DNA of 62,156 bases, the filler included, from Streblomastix strix (taxonomy: Eukaryota): the NCBI GenBank assembly GCA_008636045.1. It is 4 parts of 4 records of this genome, joined end to end, with 100 filler letters (N's around TTAATTAATTAA, not from the genome) between each part and the next. Parts side by side here need not be neighbours in the genome. Positions count along the whole stretch, not along the records: positions 15,575 to 31,040 come from SNRW01000978.1; positions 31,141 to 46,598 come from SNRW01000979.1; 2 more parts are not named here. The stretch is one strand, 5' to 3'. A program made the position numbers and the translations under genes. Shown here one piece after another: positions 22,909 to 35,459 of the stretch. Below the pieces are notes generated by a model. It saw only the letters and a list, made by a program, of their open reading frames with translations, did no database searches and had not been told where the DNA came from. Numbering within the stretch: the stretch's first letter is position 1; each line of letters starts with the position of its first letter.

Positions 22909-23869
22909 GATTTTCCTGTGAAAAATAATAAAAAATAAAAAAAAATTATAAGTTAAAATAAGTATCATAAGGGAAAAAATAATAAAATAAAATAATTTGG
23001 ATATTAAAGGTAGATTAAAACAGTTATATTTTTCATTAAATTAAACAAATGATATTATTCAATTAAATTACATATTATTATAATTAAAAAAAACATCAAA
23101 TATGCGAATACACTCAGTAAACAAAATTATAAAAAAAAATTGATTTTATTAGGAATCGTTCAATTTTTTTATATAAAAGTAATATTAAATTTACTAACTC
23201 TTTTGAAAAGAACATTTTAATAATATTTTAATGTACATTATGAGCCTATTACCGAATTGCACTTTTCTTGACCGCCAAAGCTTTTTAAGTATTAAACTTT
23301 AAGTACATATCATATCTGAATATTAATTTCTATTTTATTAAAATGTTTGAGTTTTTGACAGCCATTTTGTTCATTAAAGTGCTAAAAACTTGTTTTACCT
23401 CAATACGTACTTTAAGTACCAAATAAATGTTCTATTTCATAACTTAGAATCGTTTGCAAAGTAATTTTTCTATAAAAATTAGTTAAAATATCACCAAATA
23501 AACGACTTTAACTAATTATTACAAAAATACTCAATAATTCCAAAGAACCTTAATTAAATTTCAATATTTATTTTATTAATACAGTATTTTATTCTCCAAA
23601 ATTATTTTCGAATATCAAATATATATGTTTGACCAATAAAAGTTGTAGAACAAATTGAGCAAAACTCTTTTCTTCCTCTTTGCTTTGCTATTGATACTAT
23701 TTTTTGTTTTCTGTTTTGCATTTTCTTTTTAAAATGCCTTATAAATCATTTTTTCAGATAAATGCAGACAAATTTCGAAATTAGTAAGAATTAAAAGTAA
23801 CTTGTATGATATTTTTTGAGATATTTTCATTTATAAGAATTTTACTGTTTTTAAATTAATTTTTAACAA

Positions 23870-24450
23870 TAGAATGTTATTCTTGAGCGTGACTAGCAAG
23901 TGAGAAAGTAGGAAATAGAATTTTTATTCGAGATGTTACTGTCATTTGCTAGCAACAACGCCAACTTCGATTAAAATAAAAAATAAAGTGCAATTCCCTT
24001 AGATTAAGAGAGCTTGGAAATATCTCGTGCAAAAGATGAATTTGGTTTGTGAATTTAATCTCTATTAATCTTCTTTATAGTTTGTCTTATTAAATATAGT
24101 TATTAAGTTCGAAGAAGCAAAGAATGAGGAAACGTTGCTAATAAATATCACTCCGAATCCAAAAGCGGGTAAAAAGGATGTTGATTCATTTGTTTTAACA
24201 TTATTAAAACAAAAACCAAAAGGAGAAGAACCGTATTATTCTTTAAGAGAGGTTTATATCATTTACATTCCGTTGTTTTCTATTTCAATTATTCTTTTTT
24301 TCCTCCTCTTTTAGGTATCTTTGCATATATTATCGATGCTTTCACGCTCAATAAATTACCAATATCCAGCACAATCAATCTAGTTAATTAGCGTATAAAA
24401 GCCTTCTTTGTTAAATTTATTATCACGTATATAACGAGTGTTGTGTGAAT
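23870..24450 (+). CDS. Small spliced or degenerate gene of unknown function
   Basis: Exon-like open stretch at about 24100-24251 bounded by AG/GT; overall gene model uncertain. Confidence 0.25.
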
Positions 24451-24979
24451 ACCCACCGAAAGATAAAAAGGGGAAATGATCTATAAATTTAGTTGATTCA
24501 TATTCATTTTCAAAAGATCTTATTCAATATTTTATTTTTTTTTAAACATTTCAATTCTATGAAATTGCATCTTCAATTATTCAAATAAAATTTGCATTAT
24601 CCGCAAACAAATAAGTTTAGAAGATTATCATTTATTATTCTGAAAAATTAATTTTATTTAAAAAATTTCCTATTTAACACGTATTTCAAACGCATTGGAT
24701 AGAATTATCCTCATTTTATTATGCGACTTGTTACACCACGTATTCATATCCATTTTTCTGAAAGTTAATTTTATTATAAACATATAATACTATATTTTAA
24801 TTTTGAGTTAAATTTTATCCTAAATTAACACAGAGAACACAACACAAATTATTTTACACAAAATTAACTACCCTTCCATGAATAGATTAAAATTTTTAAT
24901 TTATTTCTTTTAATTGTATTTATTTCATTTTTTATTATATTTTATTTAGATTAAATTCCTTTTTTAATTGCATCTGATA

Positions 24980-27900
24980 ATGCTTTCAAGTCTCGTTTTT
25001 ATCTTCTTCTCATCTTAATTGATTCACACTGAATGTTCATTTTCATCTGGGTTGCGTTTATATAATCAGTCTGTTTTGGATTGTCTCAGAAACGCTTCCG
25101 TGTGAATAGTTTATTATAACATCTTTTATTACTTTTTTTATCTTTTTTATTCTAGCTCTAAGCAAATGAAGCTAAAGAAACAATTAAACAGATGAAGAAC
25201 TACTTCTCTTCGTTTGCCTTTCGTGATATAAACATTAAATTACCAGGCCCTCCTATTGGCTATGGTGGAGTATCAGTCAATCTTTTTGATCGCTTCGATG
25301 AAATCGCAAATCTCCACAACGATAGTATTTTTGATTTCTACCAAAACATCACACAAGTTGTCAACTCACTTCACAATGTGCATACATAATACCAGAGCTG
25401 ATGCTTCGCCAACATGATTATTTATGTCCCTTACACATTCCGCTTTGTTGTTGATCCAATATCAGGAAGGCACAGAGCATTTGGTCAATAAGGGATATTG
25501 CCTGAAGTAGATCAATTATTAGGGTATAATATCATAGATTCAGAAATCAAATACATCAATATTATGGGGAAACCGATCTATAATACACAGAATTAATTGA
25601 ACGATGATACTTACACACCAGAATAAGCTATTGTTTAATGGGCAAATGAAAATGAACCAATCTCGCTTAATCCATATACAAGAGAGGAATTTGCTAGATA
25701 ATAGTCATACTATATAAGGCCATTACATAGATATGTAAGTCCAAAGGCATTCAATTAGACTTTCTTATATATTGATCATACGAATGGCAGAGAAGTTGAA
25801 GCATAAATTCCATATGTATTCAGAGCATTGACTGATATACCAAATATTAATGGTCAATGTCCAGTTGATAATTTCTATATACCTGTAGTTGGCAAGGAAT
25901 AAAATTCTAATCTTAATATAAATCACATATAAAAATAAAAACCAATTGCGAAGGGTCAACCAAAGAATAAGAAAATTAATTCATTTGATTTACTTCAAAC
26001 AATAAGAGATCTTGAGAAGCAAATGTTAGAAAGAATAAGAGATAGGATTATTCCATATTGGAGTTAAAGAGATTTTTAATTGAAGAAGATTGGTTAGAAA
26101 GCAGTTGTAAAATCAAACTTAATCTTCAATCCTAATAATAATAATAATTAACAGATAACCATAGATAAGCTAATGATGGATCATTTTGAACAGAGGAAAA
26201 AGAAAATATCAAATGTTCAGGAAGACTTTATTGTTACATATTCAAACACTGATTCATCTTTAATTGGATATTTCATCCCATCTCTCAAATTGGGTATAAT
26301 CCGCATTCCTACTTTCCTCCCACAAGGCATTGACGACTACCAAAAATCCTTCTATGAAATTGTCAGATCTTTCTCAGATACTAACAGCGAATACAAATCA
26401 AAGAAGATTCTTCTTGATCTTCGCTCAAACACTGGCGGATACGCAAGACTCCCTCCAATTGTATTCCAGTTCCTGTTCCCATAAGCAGACACGCCAATAT
26501 GGCCTCCAGTTGACTGGGTAAAAGCTCCTGTTAATTCGATCAGAAGCAAAATAATGGATTCTTTAATAAAAGAGAGTATAAATGATGTGGAAATTAATGT
26601 GGATGAACAAACTGGCAAAGTCATTTATGATTATTACAATCAGATTGGCACTTAAAGAACAACATCAATCGATTTATCAAGTGGAAAACTTAGCTCAGCA
26701 ACTGTTAATCTTACAAAACGTGGTATTTACTATTCTGGACACAATGATCAGATCAGGAATTATTCAATTAATTGGTCATCATATTTCAGAAGTGTTCATT
26801 TTCAACCAAAAGATGTCATTGCTCTTGTTAATGGGATCTGTACAGGTGAATGCGCTAATTTTGCCAAAGCAATATCTTAGAAGAAAGTTGGAAGAGTATG
26901 AAAACATAAATAAATAAATGTAAAATGATATATTATCTTTTATATTACATTATATTATATTTATTTATACTTATTATAATTTATTATTCTTATATATACA
27001 GACTGTAGCACTCGGTAACTTCGGTGGTGTTCATAACAAAGCGCGTTTTGACTTTGGATGTTCAGGAGGAGGAAATATTATAGATAATGAATACATAGAA
27101 TAAATACACAATCAATTCATTACTAATCCAACTTAGTTCCAAAGAATGGGTATCACTAATTCTGATTTCCCAGATCCATTCTACAGATAAGGTTCATTCA
27201 TCAGTTTCTAATAAATGGAGCACTATGGTATCACATCACAAACATCTGATTATCTGAATGAGTTTTATATATAAGATGCTGATTTCCACATTAATTTGGC
27301 TGCATAATACTTGGATATATACGAAGAAGATGAAATATCTGATGATTTGATATATCGTCGAGTGATTTTAGAGCTTAATTAGAAATTGGGGAATTAATAA
27401 CAAAATGAAAATCAAAATTAATAAAAGAATATAAATAATGAATCGGATGAATAAGAAGATAATGAAATGGGATGTGCAGCTGGGGAAGTATTCACAAATA
27501 CAACTGGACGTATATCAGAATGCAAATAATATGAAGATAGAGATCCACATTCCTTTTATGGGTTCAAATGCAGCATTGAAGATACTAATGCCAGAAACTA
27601 CTCAACAGGTGAAATAATGACTGGTTCTTTCATTAAGGATACATATGGATGCCTCTTCTCACATTGTTCAGCTGGATATAATAGAATGAATGGTAAATGC
27701 GTAGAAGCTGTTCTATTCCCTGGAGATGATGTTGAATATTTGAGACCTGATTATCTGGAATAAAAAGAAGATCCAATCTCAGAAACTGAGCCTGAAACAG
27801 ACACTGAAATAATTCCTGAGACAAAATAAGATGATGATCCTGAACCAGAAGAGGAATAATCATATGTTATGTGGATAGTTATATCAGTTGTATTCATAGT

Positions 27901-28102
27901 AGTTTCAATTGTCCTTGGTATTATTTTGTATATTTTGATAATATTTGGCATTTTGAAAGGGAAAATTATTAAAGATAAGAATAAAGAAGAGAAATTAAAG
28001 CATGAAAGGGAGATTGATGAACAGAAATAAGTGTTAGAATAAATTAAATAATAGAATTAAATAATTGAAATGGCTGAGCCCGAAATAGAAGATGCTGAAT
28101 GA
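24980..28102 (+). CDS. Type I membrane protein: signal peptide, peptidase S41-like domain, Cys-rich juxtamembrane region, one TM helix
   Basis: 'LGIIRIPTF', 'KILLDLRSNTGGY', 'ALVNGICTGECANF', 'GCLFSHCSAGYNRMNGKC', TM 'VMWIVISVVFIVVSIVLGIILYILIIFGIL'; introns near 25100 and 26896; TGA at 28100-28102. Confidence 0.75.
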
Positions 28103-28306
28103 AGAAATTATGCTACTAATTTCAACATACAAGATTTTTAATATTTATGTCTTTTTTTTGAGTTTATCAGCATTATTTGATTATTTTTTTGTCTTACTTC
28201 AATAAATAAATTTCATTAAAGAGCTTAATTTAAATAAATTTTAGAAATATAGATAGTCGAGAATGAAATTGATGGGAAAATAAGAAACATCAGTTTTCTA
28301 CATCTA

Positions 28307-29263
28307 CAGTCTGTATTGTGTTTTTGAAAATCGTCAAGTTTTTTAATATATTCGGGCTTGAATGGAAGTTAACGATCAAAAAAGATAGTATTATACTCAT
28401 CAATAAAAAAATAATACAAATAAATATGTATTTATATAGATAATTTTATTTTCACATAAAATTAAAGCTTCGTTCATCAGATATGGACGATTTTCCGTGA
28501 AAAAAATTATTAAAAAAGTGGTAGTGAAAAAAGATTAAAAAAATATATTTATGGTAAAATAAACTTAATTAAAATAATTTAACACGCACATTATCAAAAT
28601 ATCTACAAGTTGGGTTGGCTAGGTCACTCAAAAATGTGCGATCAAAGAAACGAACTCCAATCTCTATCATTCTGCTAACAAATCTGAATGATTTTGTTAA
28701 TAAAAATGATTTAATATACTTATGATAATAAAAATTAACGAATTTGCAAACCAAGTAGTGTATCCATAAATCGTGGACAATCATTCTAAATTTAATTCTA
28801 GATTCTGTCGAGCAAAATCTGTTAAAATTTAAAATGTTGAAATTATAAATACTATGCTTATAATCAAATAGTATAAAAAATAAAATTAAAATAATGTAAG
28901 AAAAGTGATTCACTGAAAACTAAATAGATAAATTTTGTGTAAATTTTAAATCGATATATATAAGAATTCAATTTGTTAAGATGTTTGAATTGAAAGCAAA
29001 AATATGTAGTTTATAGCGTAAATATAAAATAAATTAACTAATATAAAAATAGTAAAACGTATTATGAGTTTTTGAGCAAATTATAAATTTGTTGATTTCA
29101 GCTTGTACTAGTAATTCATACTATTTATAATTATAAAAAATTGAATTTATTATTATTGAATATAAATTTAAATAGGTATAAAAGAATATAAAGCAATTCG
29201 CATGAAACTGAGTTTTTTTCAAAAGCCAAAACTTGACGATTTACAAAAACACAAAACAGACTG
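28307..29263. mobile_element. Non-autonomous Tc1/mariner/pogo-type DNA transposon (MITE-like)
   Basis: 36-bp TIRs CAGTCTGT(A/T)TTGTGTTTTTG(A/T)AAATCGTCAAGTTTT with 2 mismatches, each flanked by TA (28305-6 and 29264-5); no intact internal ORF. Confidence 0.85.
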
Positions 29264-29740
29264 TAGCTAATAATATAAATTATAATTTTGTAATTTATTT
29301 CATAAATATGAATATTTATAAACTATATTCACTAATATTGCCTTAATATTCTCAATGGCTGCAAAGAAATTTGCCAATATATGTTTTAATAATTTTTCTC
29401 GTTCTGTGTTCTCAATATGACTATTTTATGATGCTAAATAGATTTTTTATCCGTATTATTTTTCAAATCAATATTTTTATAAATTTTACACAAAGTATAT
29501 TACTCATTATAAAAATAATAACCAGAAAGATAATTTCTAAAATAATCCTTGCAAATCCTTGTAAAGAAACTGTTTATTTTATACATATAATTTATTAATT
29601 TATAAACTAAACCATTATACACTTTATTTTATCATAATTAATAATTAATAATTTTAATTTTCAGAGAAAACACAAAAAAAGAAAATTTATTAATAAAACA
29701 TTTTTATTTTTTATTTTTTTCAAATATTTTCAGTATAGTA

Positions 29741-31040
29741 ATGTAATAAACTGGAGAATAATCTGTTTCTGAAGTTTAAACGCCCTATAAAGATGAAAAT
29801 TAGCACTATTCAAAATATTTATAAAGAATAAAAGAGATAAAAGAAATCACATCTGCAAGACCTAAAGAAATTCGAACTGAATTAGCTGGTCGTACAATGT
29901 TAAGAGAACTAACTGAAATGTTGCAGTTTTCAAGATAGTTATAAATCAAGGAACATGCTCGTAATATATAAAGTGGCGTATGTGAAGTTATTTGTATTAT
30001 AATGAGTGATAATCCCGAAGCTATTGATCTTGCTATTAATAAATTTGATATTGTGAGAGAATTGATGAAACTGCTAAGTGAAGATATTCCATTTGATGAA
30101 ATTGAAGTTATTCATATTTCTGCATTAAAGTCATTCTGCACATTTGGAAAACCAGAACACAGACGTGAATTATATAAACTGGGAGTGCAAAATTCTATCA
30201 TTCAATACATGAAGAGTGATAATCCCAATGTATCCTTATAATCAACAGGAATTATTTATAAATTATTAAGCGGAGAGTGGTATATGAACGGATTCAAATG
30301 TTTACATCCATATTTTGATACATTTGAGGAATAAGGAATCATTTAGATATTGTTTGAGAATGAATTAAAAAGGGGTAAATGTTAAGGGATAATTGAAACA
30401 TCTGCTGAATGCCTTTCTCTTTTATATCAATAAAGAGAATTACCAGATTATATGAAAGAAGAAGTTATAACTTAATTGAAGAAAGGATTACATAGTGAAA
30501 ATAAAGCTGATATCAAATGTTCATCAAGAGGATTATTATGTTTAGCTTAGAATAAAGGTATTATATTTTTTATCATTTTAGAGATTTTTTATTATTTTTC
30601 TTTTTCTTAAGGAAATGTTGATATGATTCTTGCTGATAATTTTCTCAATGAACTTGAGGAAGTGATTAAAGTGAGTTAATTTGGATCATCAGACTTTAAC
30701 AAACTTTTGCAGGAATATTTGATTAATCTGAAAAATCATCTTATAGGATCAGTATATTCAATATATGATGATAATGATATAGATTTAGAAACAGATTCTC
30801 AGTTAAAATCGAATTTGACACCAAATTCTAATTGTATTACTGTGGGTAAATAAGAGAAAGAAAAAGAGAAAGAATAAGATAAAGAATAATAGAAAGAATA
30901 AGAGAAAGAAGAAGAATAAGAATAAGAATAAAAGAAAGAATAAGAATAATTAAAAGAATAAGATTAAAAGAAAGAATAAGAATAAAAGAAAGAATAAGAA
31001 TAAAAGAAAGAAGAAGAATAAAAGAAAGAATAAGAATAAT
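29741..31040 (+). CDS. ARM/helical-repeat-like protein with an E/Q/K repeat tract; 3' end missing
   Basis: Open from ATG 29741 with TAR=Gln, one intron at about 30558-30611, runs into the linker. Confidence 0.65.
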
Positions 31041-31140
31041 NNNNNNNNNNNNNNNNNNNNNNNNNNNNNNNNNNNNNNNNNNNNTTAATTAATTAANNNN
31101 NNNNNNNNNNNNNNNNNNNNNNNNNNNNNNNNNNNNNNNN
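31041..31140. other. Artificial contig linker
   Basis: N44-TTAATTAATTAA-N44. Confidence 0.97.
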
Positions 31141-32800
31141 TCTAACTTATTTCTTCTAATTCTACAATTTTCACATAAAAATATTTTGCAAACATATTAT
31201 ATCCTTCAAGATTAATTAATAATGGTTAATTGACATTTGATATATTTAAAGTAGCTTAAGCTTTTGTAAGAATTGATATATAAACCCAATAATATTAAAG
31301 AGGTGCTTATTATTGTTGAACTGAATCTAATGAAAGAGAATTGAATGTTATCTAATCGGTTGATATTCCTTCAATCTCTTCAAAGTTCGAATATTTATCG
31401 CTATAATTACCTTTTATATATTCTCCAGCAACACCAGATTTGCACCATTAAATTAAATTAGGCATCACAACATACAAACTTTATCCGCCATTATCTGCAT
31501 AATTTCCATTTATATTCATTCCTCTAAAATCAAGACTTTCAGTTGATGGATCATAATCTCCAGTTCCAGTAAGAAATATTCCTCCGCCAAAACCTGAATG
31601 ATATTATGTTTATGATGAACTTTATTCGGCAAAACATCCATAAATAGCAGTATCTCTAATTTTAAATTAGAATGGTAAAGAGTAGTTCATATAAGCATAA
31701 ATAGCTCCTCCACATTCTTGACAAACGCATTTGTAGAAATAGCATGAGTTGTTAAGTATCAATTCAGAATTGCTGTAAAGTTATACAGATATTCCTCCAC
31801 CATATATTGATGCTTCACAATTAATAAACTTCCCTCCATTGATAATTTATTTGCTATTATCTACTAAACTCAAGAGAATACCTCCTCCGTGGTCAGATGA
31901 ACATTCTATAAATATAAAACCATCAATTTCTATAATATCATTACTTGCTGATTCAATAAATAATCCACCTCCAAATAATTGTCCAATGCAATTCTCAAAT
32001 GAGAAATTACCTCCTAATTGAGTCAAATCTCCATTTCCAGAGTAAGAAATTAGCATTCCACCTCCGTATCTTGATATGCAATTCAAGAACAAGAATGTAC
32101 AATTTATAGAAATCGGCTTCTATTAATAGGTTGACATGTACATGCCACCTCCTTATGAGTAGCTTTTGCAGTTTCTGAATGTGTAGTTGCCTTACATTTG
32201 AATACCTTACAATGGATTAGTCATTTCAATATAAATACCACCACCAGAATAATCATAGCTATTTGATTTACAATTATCAAACATGAATTAGTTAATCAAA
32301 GATAATGTAGAATTGACCTGAGCATCAATATATATACCTCCACCGTTCCATTAACTTGAACAACTTAATATATACATATTTGATAAGTACGCTGCTGTAT
32401 TTATATTTGATGATAATATTAGCATGAAGAGACCTCCTCCATTTTTAGCTGAGTAGCAACCTTTCATTGAACAACTTTCAAAATGAATCTCACTTCCACT
32501 GGCAACTTACATAAAGATAGCACCACCTTCTTGATCACATTAACAGTCAATAAATTATGTTTCATCAATTGATACAATAACTCCATTTGATATGGAACTA
32601 TATATTGCTCCTCCTTAAGAATAAGTATTGCTACAGTTTATGAATGTGCAATGACTAACCATTAATTCGTCACCATTTTAGTCTGAAATAAGAAAGATTG
32701 GAGTAGTTGTATCTCTCAAATCTTAATATTAGTATGTTATTGGTATGGATTCTACAATAAAGAAAGATTGAAATGCAGAAAATATTGCTAAGATGAGTAT
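31141..32800 (-). CDS. GGA(I/L)-repeat parallel beta-helix (Pmp/pectin-lyase-like) surface protein; 3' end missing
   Basis: About 12 repeats of F.NC...GGG(A/G)(I/L/M)(Y/F), e.g. 'FENCIGQLFGGGLFI' and 'FIECSSDHGGGILL'; start uncertain. Confidence 0.8.
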
Positions 32801-32959
32801 AATTAATGATTTATTGAAATTCTTTAAAGCATTGTTTACATATTAGTACTTAATGAAATGATGATTAATGATGCAAGTGGAAATTATTTTAATTAGATTA
32901 ATAATAAATATTAAATTGAAGATTGATGAAATATGTTTGACATATTAATTATTAAAGAT

Positions 32960-33631
32960 CGTTTATTATGTTAAAAGCAATTGCAAAAATTAATTTCTTT
33001 AGAAGAGATTGGCATTCTTCAATCCAATTAATGAATCTGAAGAGCGATTATAGAAATTCATTAACATTTGAATAAATTCTTACCAAGTCTAATTGATATT
33101 TATGATAGGAAATTCATTTGGAATAAATTAAATCGCTTTTCTAGCCAAGAATAATGGAACTGATGCAGTTTCTTCTTCTCCTTTGTCAGGAACAATGTTT
33201 CGTCTTTCAGTATTATTCATTATTTCAATAATTTAAGCTTTATCTGGCAAGTTGGAATCTGTAGAAAGTAGAAATAGATAGTAAACAATAAAAAAATATT
33301 TATAAATATAAATAATTAAGTGAACAAGTAGGTAAGGCGTTCAGGAGTAACGAAATAAAAAGTTCGGATTTTTATCGGCTAGTGCTTAATTGAAAAATAT
33401 TATTTAAAATTTATAATTTAGCAAATTAATAAAATATATAAGAAAATGTTGTAATTAATGCATTTGGAAGGTAATTCTGGTTGAAAATAGAGATTCTATG
33501 TTTATATGCTAGTGATCGGTTTATTAACTTCATTTAATTATATGAAATAAAATAAAATATTATAATATATACATACCGTAGGTGGCACAGAGCGTACTGG
33601 CAGCAACAAGCAATGCGAGTGAAGCGAACAT
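32960..33631 (-). CDS. Signal-peptide-bearing exons: either a small secreted protein or the 5' exons of the beta-helix gene
   Basis: ATG 33631 gives MFASLALLVAASTLCATY followed by a GT donor; the exon near 33260 appears to read in frame towards the GGAI ORF. Confidence 0.4.
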
Positions 33632-35459
33632 TTATCCAAATTAAGCATATATTTTGTTCATGCTTTACAATACTAGTTGGAACCCACATAAAATAGTAGA
33701 TTAAAAAAATGATTTAGGATAGTTTAAATTTATTGGAATTGGGTTGATTCTTCCTTTCAAACATCATTATAATAAATTTTCTTAGAGAAAATTTTTGTTT
33801 TTATTCTTCATTTTTATTTAAATTTCAATATTTGATGAGCTTATTTTGAATTAAAATATGTTAAATTAAAACATTTATAATAAAAATTTAAAATGAAATT
33901 AATAATTAATTTAATTAATTTGAAATTTGATTTCATTTTAACATAATTTTTATATTTTAACTATTTTTTGATATATATTTAGTTAATTTATTATTTAAAG
34001 AACTGTTGCTATATATAAATAGCTTTATATTTTGCGTCTTTCAGAAACAGATTTTACCAAAGAATTCTTTAATTATTGAATGTAAATCAAATGTGCAAAA
34101 ATTTTTATCAAAGATTAATTTAATCATTTTCTTACTTATTTCTATTCGTTTATAATTTATTATTCTCATAACCCGATGTTATTTTTAAAATGCTAAAAAA
34201 TTTCTTTCATTTGTTGAATTCAATACTCAGCAAAATCTTTATAGAGATTTTGATTCAAAATTATTAAGTAATTTTGACTTTATAATATTGATAAAAAAAT
34301 ATTTATACTGAATTCATAAAAATTAAAAAAAAATAAAGGAATAAAAAATTTTATCAAGAAAATTGCTTTAATTTTAGCCAATTTAGATTAACTTAAACTG
34401 AGGAAAAAATTTTTATGTCCATTTTCTTCAAGATTAGCTGGAGTGATCTGTATTTGATAATTATATATTAAATTTGATACTTTTTTCAAAATTTTTTTTA
34501 ATTATAGTTTGCATCATACTAAATCCATTCTAATATTTAATAATCATAACACTAATTTTTATGTTCCCTCAAATTCATAATATATTTAGAATTATAAGCA
34601 TTTACTATCAATTTGTATTAAAGTTAATAGATCTTTTATAATGTAAAGAAAGAATATAAATTTTTAGGTTGACTAATTTAATTATAAAAAATTAACTGCA
34701 GCACAAGATTTCAAACCATAAGTAAATCTAAAGTTTTTAAAATCTGGGACAATTAATATTTACAAGAATAAATGAAAAAATCAAGACACCCATCTTGTAC
34801 AGATTTCTTTTCTTTAATATTATTTAATTTGATTGATCTTAAATATAAAATACTGCATGTTAGGATGCAAGTAGAATATTAATTTTGAAATATTTTCAAA
34901 AATAAAGACAATGATATTCACATCTTCTTAAATTAAATAATGAATCTACTTTTATTATATAAATCTTCATGGTAAAAACTATATATTTAATATTGCTAAA
35001 GGCAGAAACAAATAAATTTAATATTAGAATAATTTAATGATCAAGATTTATTGAATGAAACAAGTGATTTAATTTTTGAATAAACTCAAAACTTAATATT
35101 TTATAACAATAAGATATTAAAATTTTTATAATTAATATAGTTTAAATAAATATAATAGTAAAAAATTCAATAATAAATATTAGTACAATATTATTTTGAA
35201 ACGTGTTTCTTCCAAACACGAATTTAATTCTTCTAATCATTCAAATTTCTTAAAATATATCAGTAGTTATAGTCAGCGAAGAATAGACCATTCCAATTTT
35301 TAATAATTTTGTGTTAATAGCCAGATTTTGGTATTATTTTATTGGGAATTTGCAAAAAATTGTTTATTGGAATTTGTTGATTTACTAAGATTTTGATTAT
35401 TTTGTAATTTTGGGATTTTTTTTTATTTTTGAGATTTTTTCCAGAAAATAATTTTATTA

